Shown: positions 1 to 13,200 of the stretch, piece by piece
How the letters are laid out: each line of letters begins with the position of its first letter
How positions within the stretch are numbered: position 1 is the first letter of the stretch
NCBI GenBank assembly: GCA_000934665.2
Contig: KZ538357.1
Span: 1 to 64,000, forward strand
Source of the DNA: Catajapyx aquilonaris
Taxonomy: Eukaryota
Reading direction: 5' to 3'
DNA: 64,000 bases
Made by a program: the position numbers and the translations under genes
The notes under the pieces: generated by a model
Told to the model about the DNA's origin: nothing
The model's database searches: none
The model's input: the letters and a program-made list of their open reading frames with translations, nothing else

Positions 1-11
1 CCCCCCCTTTG

Positions 12-782
12 TATGAGAGTTGTACCAAACTGATTCGCTATTTATATTTTTGCTACACACACAAGGCCCATGCAGGTGGGAAGATAGACACACATTATCG
101 ACGGAATCTTCCTGGAGCCAAATGCACTGGTGCATGTGGCAGCCTCTCTAGGCCCTCCAAGAACCATGTTTTGGAGGTGCCGCACACCCACTTCTGGACA
201 ACTGCTCGCAGTTCAACAATGTCGTTAGAAATGGTGTTGGCAAAGGGTCTTTTTCGTGTTTTGGGACATGAAGAGCATCATCTTCATTGATTGGCTGGTA
301 CCTGGCACTACTATCAACAGCCCCCACATACACGATGACCCTCCATAGCTTGCAGCACGCCATCCAGAAAAAATGGCTAGGGAAATGGGTGAAAGGTGTG
401 CTTTTGCAGTATGAAAATGCACGTGGCCCCCTATGAGCCAGGAACTATGGCTGCCATTGCCAAGTTTGGGTTCCAAGTGTTTCCACACCCACCGTACTCC
501 CCTAGCCTGGCCCGCAGTGACTCGCTTGCTTGAAGCCATGGAAAAACCCCTTTGCTGACGCCATTTTGAGGACATAGTTGACTTGTGACAGATGTCCGGG
601 AGTGGGTGCACCACACCTCTAAAACATGGCTCCTGGAGAGCCTGGTGAGGTGGCCATACCCATGATTCCTGTGCATTTGGCTCCAGAATTCTACCAGTAA
701 TGTGTGTGTATCTGCTCACCTGTAAGGGCCCTGTATTTGTGACAAAGAGTAAATTGTAAATCAATTTGGTACAGCCCTTGCA
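12..782 (+). mobile_element. Mariner-derived palindromic non-autonomous element
   Basis: Long imperfect inverted arms (TATGAGAGTTGTACCAAA..TTTGGTACAGCCCTTGCA); internal transposase remnants VLLQYENAR and PHPPYSPSLARSD (cf. mariner HDNAR and HPPYSPDLAPSD). Confidence 0.8.
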
Positions 783-1265
783 CATGCTCATTATCTGATG
801 GGTAATGTTCCAATAGTATTGCTTGGTGGTGCCCTTTGATCTGATGTCTCATTATTGGTCAAATTACAGGAGCCGAGCCTGCAGCTATGAATCAACCCCC
901 CTTACATGCAGTCTATAGGCTATAAGGCTTCAGCATCACCCTGCCCCACCTTAATAGTGCACCCCTGGGGAGGCTCTTGGCCCTTACCCCACTATCGAAG
1001 CAGTTATTGATACACATATAATTTTTTAAACTGAAAGTAGTCCCAACTGAGTTAATTTTTGCATTCATATTTTGAATGTCAATTTATAGATATTGCTTGA
1101 CGTATAAAGTAATGTTGCAATATGTTGTATGGTGCATAGCAAATTGATTTTGATGTATGGTGAAATATAATTCCAGGTAAGAAGCAATGTCCAGATGACT
1201 ACACAGCCTTCCTGAGAAAGTGGGAGGGAAACACTGGCAAGCCTGAGGAGGCCAACTAACCAGAA

Positions 1266-4200
1266 ATGGCGCGTAGGCGCAAGGCCGCCAGGAGAAAAGC
1301 TCCGGCTCGGGGAGCCAAGAAAAAGGCTGCAGCGGCTAAAAAGCAGGCCATTGCAGAACCTATGATAGTTGCAGAGGATGTGGCAGAAGACGAGACCATT
1401 TCAGAATCAATTGCAGAAGATGATAATGCAATTTTAGAATCAGATGAAAAAGGAGAGGCTACCATATTGGAATCAGAGGAAAAAGAAAACAGTTCAGTTT
1501 CAGAGTCGCAGCCTATTGAGAATAACATGGGTGTTGCTGTGGAGTTGCAGGAGATCATAAGTGAAGAAGCATCACAACTGGCGACTGAAGTTCTAACAGT
1601 GTCAGAATCACTAGCAGTTGTAAATAAGGATTTCATTGCTACATCTCTGGAACCCACTGATGAGGCAATTTCTTCAGATTTGCAATCCATGATAAAACCT
1701 GAGGAATTGTCCATTGTAGACATGACTGTCATTGAAGACCAGGGAGTGACGCATGGTGTGACATCCATTTTGGAAGCTGAGATTGTGACAGAGGAGTCAG
1801 CAACTGCTTTGGAGTCAGAGATGACTATCGTGACAGAGGAGTTTCAGGTGGTAGACTTCAGCGACAAGGACATCATGGTTGTTGAAGATGAAGAGGTGGT
1901 GATTGCTGCTGAGGAGGAGGTTGTTATTGCCATAACTGATGACATTGCCCTTGAAGCTAATGAATATGAAGATGCTGACACAGAACTGAATAGAGTTGGG
2001 ACTATGGGAAGTGATGAGTTGCATGTTACAGGTTCGAAGGAGTTGGGTCCTGACAAGCCCTTGCTAGATGCCACTGCCAGTGAACCACCTCTTGACCCCA
2101 CTGTTTATGAAACCACTCGTGACTCTCCTGCTATTGAGGTTGCATTGGGTTTAACTAGTGATATTCCAACTGCCAACACCGCCATTGAAGAACCGGTTGT
2201 TACCACTGCAGCTGAGGAAAAAGCTAGATTGACAACAGCTGAAGAAGAGCCTGCTGCTTCCACTGAAGTTGACAAATTGCCAGCCAATGGGTCAACTGCA
2301 GTTGATGAACCTGCTGCTTCCACTGAAGTTGAAAAATTGCCAGCCAATGGATCAGCTGTAGTTGAGGAGCCTGCTCCTGTTGTGGCAGTAAATGGCTCCG
2401 CCGAGGAAGGACAAGACTCACCTATCCAACCTCAGCTGCATAAGAAGTTTGGTAAGTTCCGTTGCCTGTCAATGGAAGGAGGAGAAAGTATGGACTCTGT
2501 GAGGTCAGAAGAGTCAGGAGGTAGCGATGTGACAGCTGTGCAGGTGACTAGTGCTCTCCCAGAAGTGAAGGAAGTGAAAGGGAAACGTGGCAACAGGAGG
2601 AGAGGTGGTGCAAGTGCAAGCCCAGGTGCCAAAGCCAGGTTGGCAAGGGACAGGAGTGCCAGCACAGACACCACAGAGTCTGAGAGCAGCAGCTCATCAG
2701 GATCAATCAGGCGCCGGAGCTCAAGGCTCAAGATAATGGAGGAGAGGCGGAACAACGACATTGCCAGGTTAGTGGCCATTGCCTTTTTTTAAATTATTTC
2801 ACCCTATGCTGTACATTCCAGGTGTTAGTCTCAAGCCATACCTATGAGTAGGCTACAGTACACTGGGAACATATGCCCAAGTGCCATTATTTATCCAATG
2901 AACTGGCAAAGTGTTCAATATTGATAAAGGATTCACAGAAGGCTTGCTTATATTTACATGGGAGGATTTTAAGAAACATTGTGCATCTTGAAGCATGCTG
3001 ATGAAATTCAGTGATGTCAATTAAGACAAATTATTTATTTTATGATGTAACTGCCTTCACTAGGTTTAAACTGGACATGCATCTAAATTACACGTGATGT
3101 ATGACTGTGCTGTGATGTTGCAGCAGCTTACTGGTTTACAATAAGGAAGCAAATCGAATAAACTGCCACCCTCCTTCCCTCTCTAGGGGATCTCCACCTT
3201 GTCATAGCAGTGGGGCTTAGTTTCTCTGGTGACTCCTGAGTTATATTGTCAGTAACTTCATCTACTGGCTGGGTGACCTGTGCATAAGGGTTTTGTAGGC
3301 CGAGATACTGTACCACCATTTCTCTCCATCTGTCCATCTTTATATTCTAATCGCCAGATGGACTGGCTTGTTTGACTTCTTCCCTCAAACAGACAAACAA
3401 ACCCTCCCGCCTGTAAACTTCCCCTCCCCAGAAAATGTTCACTTCTTGACACTAAACAGCTAATCAAGCATGTATGAGGAGTCTCTAGTCAAATGACCAA
3501 CTTATATCTGATAAATGTAGGCTGTTGCAGTGTTTGATAGCAACACCTGATCTGACAAATTGCATTTTAAAATGTAGCAGCAACCATAGACGGAACGATG
3601 GTTTAAAAAAAATTCAACTTATGACATGGTCACAGTCATAATGATCAAGTTTTACTGTAGGTTACTGCCAACAACTATCAAACTAGTACAGGGTTCTTAG
3701 TTGCACATCAATTAGGAGAGTGACTTTATTTGGATGGGTGGCATTTTCATTGTACCAAAAATTTTCCTGCAAAAATGAGGGAACTGTAAGCGGAATTTTC
3801 CCATGCTTTCCTAAGAAAATTTCATGCTTTTTCACAACAGCATAACGCATATTTCACTTTAAGAAAACAAAATTGTTGCCATATCCTCCTGAGACCCGAG
3901 AAGAATTTTTAATGCAATGTCAGTTCCTATTGGATTTTCTGAACATTTTCCCAATAAGAAACAAGAAAAAAAAAAGTTTTACAATGTCGACAAAAATAGT
4001 GACAAACAACCAATGAGAACATTAGGACCCAATTGCTGCTACAAAAGCAGAACGGATGAACGCTGAAAATTTAAATACCACTTAATGGATCACTAACATA
4101 GTGCTCTATCCTCAAAACAATGTTTTTTAAATTCATTTGTGGAATTCGTAGTAGCAATTCCTCTAAGAAGACAATTAAAGATAAATGAAATTATTTTTGA

Positions 4201-7200
4201 ACGCCACCACTCCAGGCATGGGGCTTGCCCCTTCCCTTCTTACCCGCTAAAGTGGTACCTTGCTATTCTCGATTTTAAGACTGAACTGCATAGTGCAAAG
4301 CACACTTCCTTATGAGTGTATAGGTACAGGCACTTAAAGAATAGTCACAGCCCATTCAGCTAAAAATGGCATTTTTCGAATGTCCATTTAAATGGGCATT
4401 TGGTCTCAGGAAGAAATGAAAATGACCAGTTCTCTACAGCAACAAAGATTGTCACGGGCACATCTTTGCCTATTTCCTAATACACATTCCTTGCGAATCC
4501 CTGCACATTCACTGCATTGCGAAAATCGCACTCTAAATATGAGTAAAAAAATAAAACTTATCAGATGAGAGCCTAGCTTCAGCAGCGGAATCCGCCATTT
4601 TCATAAGTGATTCAATTGTCGTGGCCAAAGTCAGATATTCAACACTAGGTGCCTACACCTAATAGGTGAATTCGTTTATGGCTGAGTGTAGCAATAGTGT
4701 AGCTCCAGCGAGAGTTCTGCATTCGTTTATGACGAAGCTGCTCTAAAGGGGCGGGGCTTGGCGTAGCACTGCATTCGTTTATCCCAGTGCAAGGGTCGGG
4801 TGTAGCGCGAGTGTAGCTCTGGCCTGCACGCTCGTTCGGGAGGGTGCAAGGGGTGTAGCAGTGGGTGTAGCTCCTCTTCCACTGTGACGTTTCACACACG
4901 TGACCAGGCTGCGCTAGAGCTACACTCCAGTGCTACACTCAGCCATAAACGAATTCACCTAATGAGGCCAGATTGTAATCATGGGATACCAACATATTAC
5001 AGTTCTGTTGGCATCACTAGTTGGCGCCAAAAGAATCTTTTGCTGATGTGGACACCAGGTCTCAGGAGGGTATAGTCTATTGAAAAATGTGTCATTCCTG
5101 CATTTCAGATTGCACTCAGAGAAGGAGGACCTCCAGCCACCTTCAGAAGCCAAAGATGCACCGTCTCCTGCCCCTGCCTCATCCCCTGCCCCAGCCCCCT
5201 CCCCCTCTCCTGCTGCCCTCCTCCTGAATCCCACCCCAGCTGCCACTCCAACACCTCCTTTGACTCCCCAGCCCAGCAATAATCCCACTCTTGAATTTAC
5301 TGCCTCCATGTTCAGGGATAATTCCACCTCCTCATCACAGGATGGAGAAAATGACCCTGCTCCACCACCTGCATCACAAATTTCAACTCTCCCCCTCCCA
5401 CCTCCACCCCCACATAACTCAGATATCTCTCTGCCAACCTTCCGTCCTGTCAAAGTTAAGTCCCGATGGCGGAGGTCAAGTGAGCTGGAGATGGGGGGTG
5501 GGAAGAGCAGCGACAGCGAGGTGGGAACCCCTCCTCCAGGTCCTGCTTCCCCCATGTTGGCAGTACCCACGCTGCCAACAGTGGCAGAAGTTGACAACAA
5601 AGAGAATGTGGCAGTCAACTTGGCTGGGGTAGCTTCCAGCTGGGCAGTCAATGCAGTGGCCCTGAAGTTGTCTGACAGATTACGGGCATTCGCACCTATT
5701 GAAGAGAACCTCTACCTCACCGAAAGGTATTCAAGTCTATTGTATTTTGTTTTCCCTGTAGTGTCTAGCAGCTAGGCAAGCATGCTCGTGATTATAATTA
5801 TAATAATTGGGTTAGTGCACCACTGCCCATTTGATGGATCTTTGGCACGGTACCTTTATTTGCTTTTTAGGTGTACAAGCTTTGTTGGTCCTTTTCTGTA
5901 ACGCCCGGGTACCGCGAGTGAGGGGGGGATGAGTGGGATGGGATGTGCAATGTGCAGTGCAGTGCAATGCAATGTCGTTGCTATGGTCATTTTGTGAACT
6001 CCCCGAGTGGTTAGTCTCAAGGAATCCCACTCTAGACGAAGCCAGAGATGGACCTGAACTCTGTACGAGATGAAGGGGGAAATGCCCGGGCTTAGGATCG
6101 AATCCGGGACTCCTACATCTGTAGCGCCAAAACTAGTTATTTCTTCAACGATGCTACAGTGACCCTGTTCGGGCTTCCGCCGACTGTCCCGTCGGGATGG
6201 TGGAAGCACTTAGGTACCACTCACACTAGACACATACAATACACATACAATGTCCACCCAATGTACACTGGCGGCGCTCACAAGCGGGAGCTGGCCAGGT
6301 ATAGACACTAGCATACACTCATGTTCATTTGCCATGTCCCTATCTAACAATTAAACACACTGTTCAGTTTAACACTGTACCTGCGACTGGCCAAGTCAGG
6401 GGTTAACAAAGTTATTGGAGCAAGGTTCGAGAGGACCTTACCCCTTGAGTGCTCAGGCTCAACTGACTTTATTTGGGGAGGCGGAGTGGTGCTGCGGTAA
6501 CGCACGCGCCCACGGTTGTTAAGGTCCCGGGTTCGATCCCAGTCCGGGGTTCCCCCCTTCATCTCGTGCCGAGTTGGGCCATCTCTGGCTTCGTCTCGGG
6601 TGGAAATTTCCACTAGACTAATCCACCCGGGGGAGTTCACAAAATGACCAATATACGACATTGCACTTGCACTTTGCACATCCCCTCCTACTTACCCTTG
6701 GAACAATTAACATGTATACATTATATGGTTCCAAAAATAGTGGTATTCCACTCCCCTGATAAGGGCCCAGGGCCTGATAATGGGGTACAGGAAAAAAACA
6801 AAAAAAACAGACTTTATTTGACTTGGTTCAATCCTTTTATTCCAAAACCTTGTTTACTAATATGATTAATGAAACGATGGTTACATGTGGGTGAGTGTGA
6901 CCAAGGTGATATAACAATAATTCAGAATACACAGTACATGAAATTAATTGGACATGTCTTCTTTTCGGGTATTACACATCCGTGGGCGCATACATTACCA
7001 GAAGGCCACTCAGCCGCCCCTGTATGCTCCTCATTGCTGCTGATGTATATGTAACTTCCACCTGGCACATTCAGTGTTTTCCGAGTATTTAGCTCCTTTT
7101 AGTTATCTCACATTTTCTCAGAAGTTATGCTGCTTTTTGCACCCTGATCGAGATGCCCAGTTGTATAGCAGCCGCTATTTCATACCACACCTGGGAGTAA

Positions 7201-10200
7201 TTGGGCACCTTGACCAGGTGCAAAAAGTACACAACTTCTGAGAAAATTGGTTACAACTATGATGACCCTAATTCTTAAAACACTGCACAGTGCTGGACAT
7301 ATTAGCCGTCGCTGAATATTTTTTTCCGGCGGCTGCGGCGTTATTTGGCAACCCTGTCCGGCGTGCCAATTCAAACATCAGCCCATGGAGAGCGCTTCCA
7401 TTGTTGCCACTGTTTACAAATCGAGTGAGTGAGTGCGCAGGCAGAAGAGACCCGTCGCTGGGTCGTCCGCGTCACTCGATTTGTAAACAGTGGCAACAAT
7501 GGAAGCGCTCTCCATGGGCTGATGTTTGAATTGGCCCGCCGGACAGGGTTGCCAGGTAACCCCGCCGCCGCCGCCGCCGCCGGAAAAAACATTCAGCGAT
7601 GGCTAATATGTCCAGCACTGTATGTAAAGGCTGTTAGCATTTAAATTTAGACATTATTCTCAGTTACACATTACATTACATGACATGGTTATAAGGCAAA
7701 GCATTTTTCACTGCTGTGAGATTTTGAAGATGCTGGCTAGAAACTGTAAGATTAATTTTTAACACTAGCTGAATTGCTGGTACATGTGCGGCACCAACAA
7801 TGAATAAAAATAATAATAATTCATACCCCGTTATCAGCCGGCGGCTCTTTAGGGGGGGGGGGGGGGNGGGGGGGGAGTTCATCCCAATTTTGTTTTGACT
7901 GGAACGCTTTGCTTTCATTTTTACTTCGCTTTTTGGGATAGGATAGTGACGGAAAGAAGCGGCTGTGGCCTATTATTTAGGACGCTATCCCGGAATTCTC
8001 CTGGGGGGACCGTGGGAAACCACAGAAAACCACGGTTAGGATTGCCGGCACCGGGACTCGAACCCAGGACCTCCAGATTAGCAGTCGAACACCTTATCCA
8101 TTCCACCAAACTGCTTCGGTGATAAAAATTATTATAGCAGGCCAAAATATTTTAGATGGTCAGGAATGTAGTTTCTGTGTTGTTATGTTAGAATAACACG
8201 TGTACTTTTTTCAGTTTAAAAAAATGCCAAAAATTAGCAAGGCACATTTTGCTATTACTGATTTTGGCATATTTGCAGTCTGAAAAGAATTCTGCAAAAA
8301 GAAAAGGGAGCTTATCTTGACTTTGCAATTTCACTGTGGAGGACTGCCTTGCCTCAGCAGTGTATCCAATCAAAACTTACACTCAATGGCACTGTATCTA
8401 GTTTCAAAATCAATTTCAAGATTGTAAGTGCACATTAGGGGGATTTCCCTGGAATGTCTCGATGTACTATATCACTCAAAAACATAGAGACGATTTTGCA
8501 TTTGATTCAAGTGCAGGCTGCACTTGAGTCAAATGCAAAATCGTCTCTAATGCATGTGCATGCATGTGTGGCTGAGGGTTTGGTCACAAGAAGCATGGAT
8601 TGGGGGGGGGGGGGGGGGTTTTCCTCCCCTCTGCCAAGGCTTTGCAATTTTTCCATTCATGTGAGACATTTTCCATTTGGGGGCAGCACCAGGCACAGCT
8701 GTTGGTATAGGTCTTGAGGAATGTCGCATGATGAAAAACAAAGAAAAGATGTGCCACAAATACCCTTCAAGCTTCTCAGAATGAGGCACAGTATGAAGGG
8801 CATTCTTGGAGTGTTTTTTCACCGTGACTCATGTGCCACAGCCAGGCATGTCTCAGCTGTGGACATCTAGTGCCATTTCAGCAATTTCAAGTAACGATAC
8901 TGGCTTTTTTTTTCTGCTGGCCCTTCCCGAATTAGCTAAAAGCTGCAGTGCAGCTATTGTTAAAAATTGATGGGTCTGTTTCATTGTAAAGGAAGCAGTG
9001 ATGTAGGTACTTTGAGACGTACAAGTAGTTGGCTGTGACATCAATATGCCATGGCAAAGTCTGCTTTTGAAGGCCCAAGAAATGTGCTTTTTATACTTTC
9101 ACATGAAACATTGCACATTTTTGAGGTGTGCTGTGTTTCATGTGGGCACATTTGGGCAGGCATGTAATTATACAGGATGGATCAGAAGTCTGTGCCTATT
9201 TTTATTTCCAAATAACTTTCCAACGAGTACACCTACGGAAGTGAAACATGATTCAAAATGTGTGGGAATTCATAAGAATTTATCTGGGTGACACCTCAGT
9301 GACACCTTGTCACTGTGTGTCGAGCGCAGCTTGACACTTCTTCCGCGGTGACGCTTTATCGGTCGCAGGTTGACACTTCTTGCAGTGGTGGCGCTGATAA
9401 CAGGGTCAGCTGTGAACACAATTTCGGACCACCTGTCTGTGACATACAAATGGAGACGAGTGTTTGGGGGCTGGTCTGTGATACCACAGAGCGAGAGAAG
9501 TGGTCCGACATTTTGATCACAGCTGCCCCCATTATCAGCGCCACCATGGCAAGAAGTGTCAACCTACGCCATCGCTGAAGAAGTGTCAAGCTGAGCTTGA
9601 CACAGTAGCAAGGTGTCACTGAGGCAGGGCCGGCGCGACGCGGTTAGCAGGCTATGCATGGCAGGGGGGCATCGAAGAAAAGGGGCGCATCGAAGAAAAG
9701 GGGCGCGGCCCCGGAGCTCTGCATTCACCTAAGCTTGTGTGACCTTGAACCCCACAAAATTTCAGGGCTTCCTCTCCCCCCCCCCCCCCCCCCCCCNGGG
9801 GGGGGGGGGGGGGGGAGGGCGCCGGAAACCCCAGAACTGGCCCTGCATTGAGGTGTCACCCAGATAAATTCTTATTTTGAATCATGTTTCACTTACGTAG
9901 GTGAACTCTTTGGAAAGTTATTCGGAAATAAAAATAGGCACCGACTTCTGATCCACCCTGTATAAAACTGATGCACATTTTTGTAAGTGACGTGTAAAAA
10001 TTTAAACACACTGGAATGCTGTCAAGTATTGAATTCTCCCCCTGATATTTTTCTCGCTGCTGTGCTTTTTCATATTCAGGGCCACTATCAGTAAGCAAAA
10101 GTCCTGCAAGTTCTGCTGCACAACTGTTTTACACATGTAACATTGCAGCAGCCTCGTAAATTTATTCCTCTCCCTTGCTATTCCAACCTGATTTATCTCG

Positions 10201-13200
10201 GCATGCATGAGTGTAATGGATAACCAATATGAAGAAAAGCTTTGAAATACATGATCAGAATAAGTTGGTGCTGTGTCACACTCAACATCCACAGGGAACT
10301 AATATTAATATATGCGCTTTACAGGAAGAGGAGTAAAGAGGTCAAGCGAATGACCTGTGACTGCTTCCTAACTAAGGAAGAGATTCAGAGAGGTGATGTT
10401 GGATGTGGAGAGGACTGTCTCAATAGGCTGCTCATGATTGAATGGTAAGTACCTTTTTAAAACATACATAATGTTAACTTTGTTGCATACAGTTTCTGAT
10501 TGCCATGAGGGAAGCAGAGCGCTGGGGAGTCTAACACTGCAGATGTGCATCTGCCTGAGTATTGATTTCGCTCCCCCCCTCCCCCCCTTACCATATACCC
10601 TTCAAACAGTAAGGGGAGAGAGGCCCTGCACACCACAGGAGAGTCTTCGTACCAACTGCAGCAATAAGCTTTATGAAATGTGCATAATTATGAGCAGTGT
10701 GCCCTTGGCATGTGCTTTTTTAAATCCCTGCATTTATTCAAATTATTCCAAAAACTGGTCAACAGCCAAAATGTCAAGGTGATGAAATCAGTCAATTTTG
10801 TATGTCCTATTGGGCTGAATATGAATGTTTAAAAGAATAATTAGCTGTAATTTCGATACAACATATTTTTCTAAGCATTGAATTTTGAAATATTGGGGAT
10901 GTTTTTGTACCAGGCCTTGTGAATGTGGTAACCCTGCTAAGGTTTTGTGATGGGGTATTGGCTAAACTGTCCAGATGAATTCCTGTGTTGCCAAGTAATC
11001 TGATCTAGCATTTTTGAGCACAGAATGAGTTTATCTGGCTAGTTATCATAAGTTATTTCTGGTTATTTCAATATGCTACATGAATTTGTATGTAATGCAG
11101 AAAACTTGTTATACAACGGGGTTCAAATACGACCTGCACTGATTTTTTTCGGAACAAATAAATCACCCTACTAATTAAGGACCTTGCACAATTGAAGACT
11201 AAACCCATCCCCTCTGTTCATCATATGGGTGATCCTGCTCAGTCTTGTCAGGAATTTCCAGGAGAGATAACCGAGCAGAGAGTGCCACGGAGCGTGGAAA
11301 ACTCATTGTCATCAAATTTCTTGTTAGGGAAAATGTCAATCCATTAGAAATTTGGCAGGGAGTTTAAAAAACAGCATGGGGAAGAGTGTCTCTCTCGAAC
11401 CCATGCATTTGAGTGGTGTTAAGCCTTCAGAAAGGGAACAGATAGAGAAGAGAGCCTCAAGACCCAAAAATCCGCGAAGGACATCCTCGGCTGGAAACGT
11501 TATGGCGACTTTTTTGGGGGACTGGAAGGGACTTATTCATGTTGATTTGTTACCAGAATGCAGGACAATCACTGTAGAATACTATTCAGCCCTTATCTTA
11601 ACAGAAGCGAAGAAACAAATCTGATCCAAGAGTAACACTGGCAGAAATCAGATATGCTTCCTCCAAGACAACGTGAGACCCCGCACTGCCAAAAAAAACC
11701 ATCAAAAAGTAAGGTGGGACCTCCTGCCAAACATACCCTTTATCCCAGATATGACCTCAAGTGATTTCTACGTGTTTGGAAGACTGAGTTGGATACAGCC
11801 AGAGTGCGCGGTGTGAAAACAATTGTGATGGCAATTGTTCCAGTGTTCCTCCCACAACCAAAACACATTTTTGAAAGGGGGATTAAACAGCTACCAGAAT
11901 GCTGGAAGAAATGTGTAGTAGCCATTGGGGAGTTCCTCGAAGGGTGACATGTAAAAGAAGTCAATATGTAATATGGAAAGTTCTAAAAAAATTCAGTCCT
12001 GTTCATATTTGAACCACCTTGTTTTTAGTGTTAAGTGACATTTTCATAATGGAAACATTCAATTACTTACGTTATTAAGAAAGTCTGTCAGTATTACTTT
12101 GAATTCGAGTTTTGAGACCAAGATAAAGGCTGGGCTGCACACATTTGCTGCAAGATCTGTGCTTCAACCTCGGGATCTGCTTGAGTTGCAAAGGTCATTC
12201 AAAATACTGTAGTCTCCAGATATATCAGACTTTAAGGGACCATGGAAATTGGTTGGTTATAACCGAGGTTTGTTACAGCCGAATACAGCCATACCTGGAA
12301 GTATGGCGGGACCCGCCTTTCGAGTCTGTTATAGCCGAGGCTGTTGTATCTGGAGTCAACTGTATTGCTATTTTCTCTTGGAGTGGGACATCAAATGATG
12401 GTTTTACCACTATGAAATAAAATGTCCTACATGAAAATCTGTAGATTTTGGGAAGTAAAAATGTGCAGTTTAATTCAGTGGTGCTCCCTGGAAAGAACTT
12501 AATGACGGCAATGAACCAAGATGGGTAGGCTTTAATATACCTTTAAAAAATTTTAAACACTGGCTGTTGACAAAAAAATAAAGGAATGAATATTATTAGG
12601 CAATCAAATAGGCATACATGACCATCTAAAGGGTGAATATTTCAATCAAACTCTCCAAGAAAAGTAAAATTTGTCAACGAGTGTTGTGCTGCTACTGGGT
12701 CTTCCATGCAAAGTATAGCAAAGGTGGTGGCTCAACCCTTATGGAATTTTACATATGAAAAATAAACAAATTATGCGACCCTCAAGAGGGGATGTAGAAA
12801 TCCAAGTAACATAAATTTGCAGTAATGCCGAGAAACCCTTCCTTACTGGACCCTGAGTATAGTGGAATCTTTTCCAGTGCAGAATTATTCCTGGGAATGC
12901 GCATAGGACGTGCAATGTATTTTTGACGGATATAACAGAAAACTGTGCAGAATTGAAATATTTTGTGTCCCGCCCGATTCCACTATACACAGGTACCGGA
13001 AATATGACAGTTTCAAAGTGGCATCAGGTCCACATTCAGCTTGTCACCAACAATTTTTTTTTGCACTTCTGTAATTGACACAGGCCACATTGTCTCACAC
13101 ACAAAATTGAACAAGAAGGAAATTAAGGATCATGTGATACTATTACATTAAATGAGAAGTAAAGTTTTTCAATGTCATTGAGACTGGTGGAGAGGGACTA

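Noticed and set aside
6476..8120. tRNA genes at 6476-6555 and 8045-8120
   Set aside because: A/B boxes are present but no clean cloverleaf, and they continue into repeat bodies; these are SINE heads.
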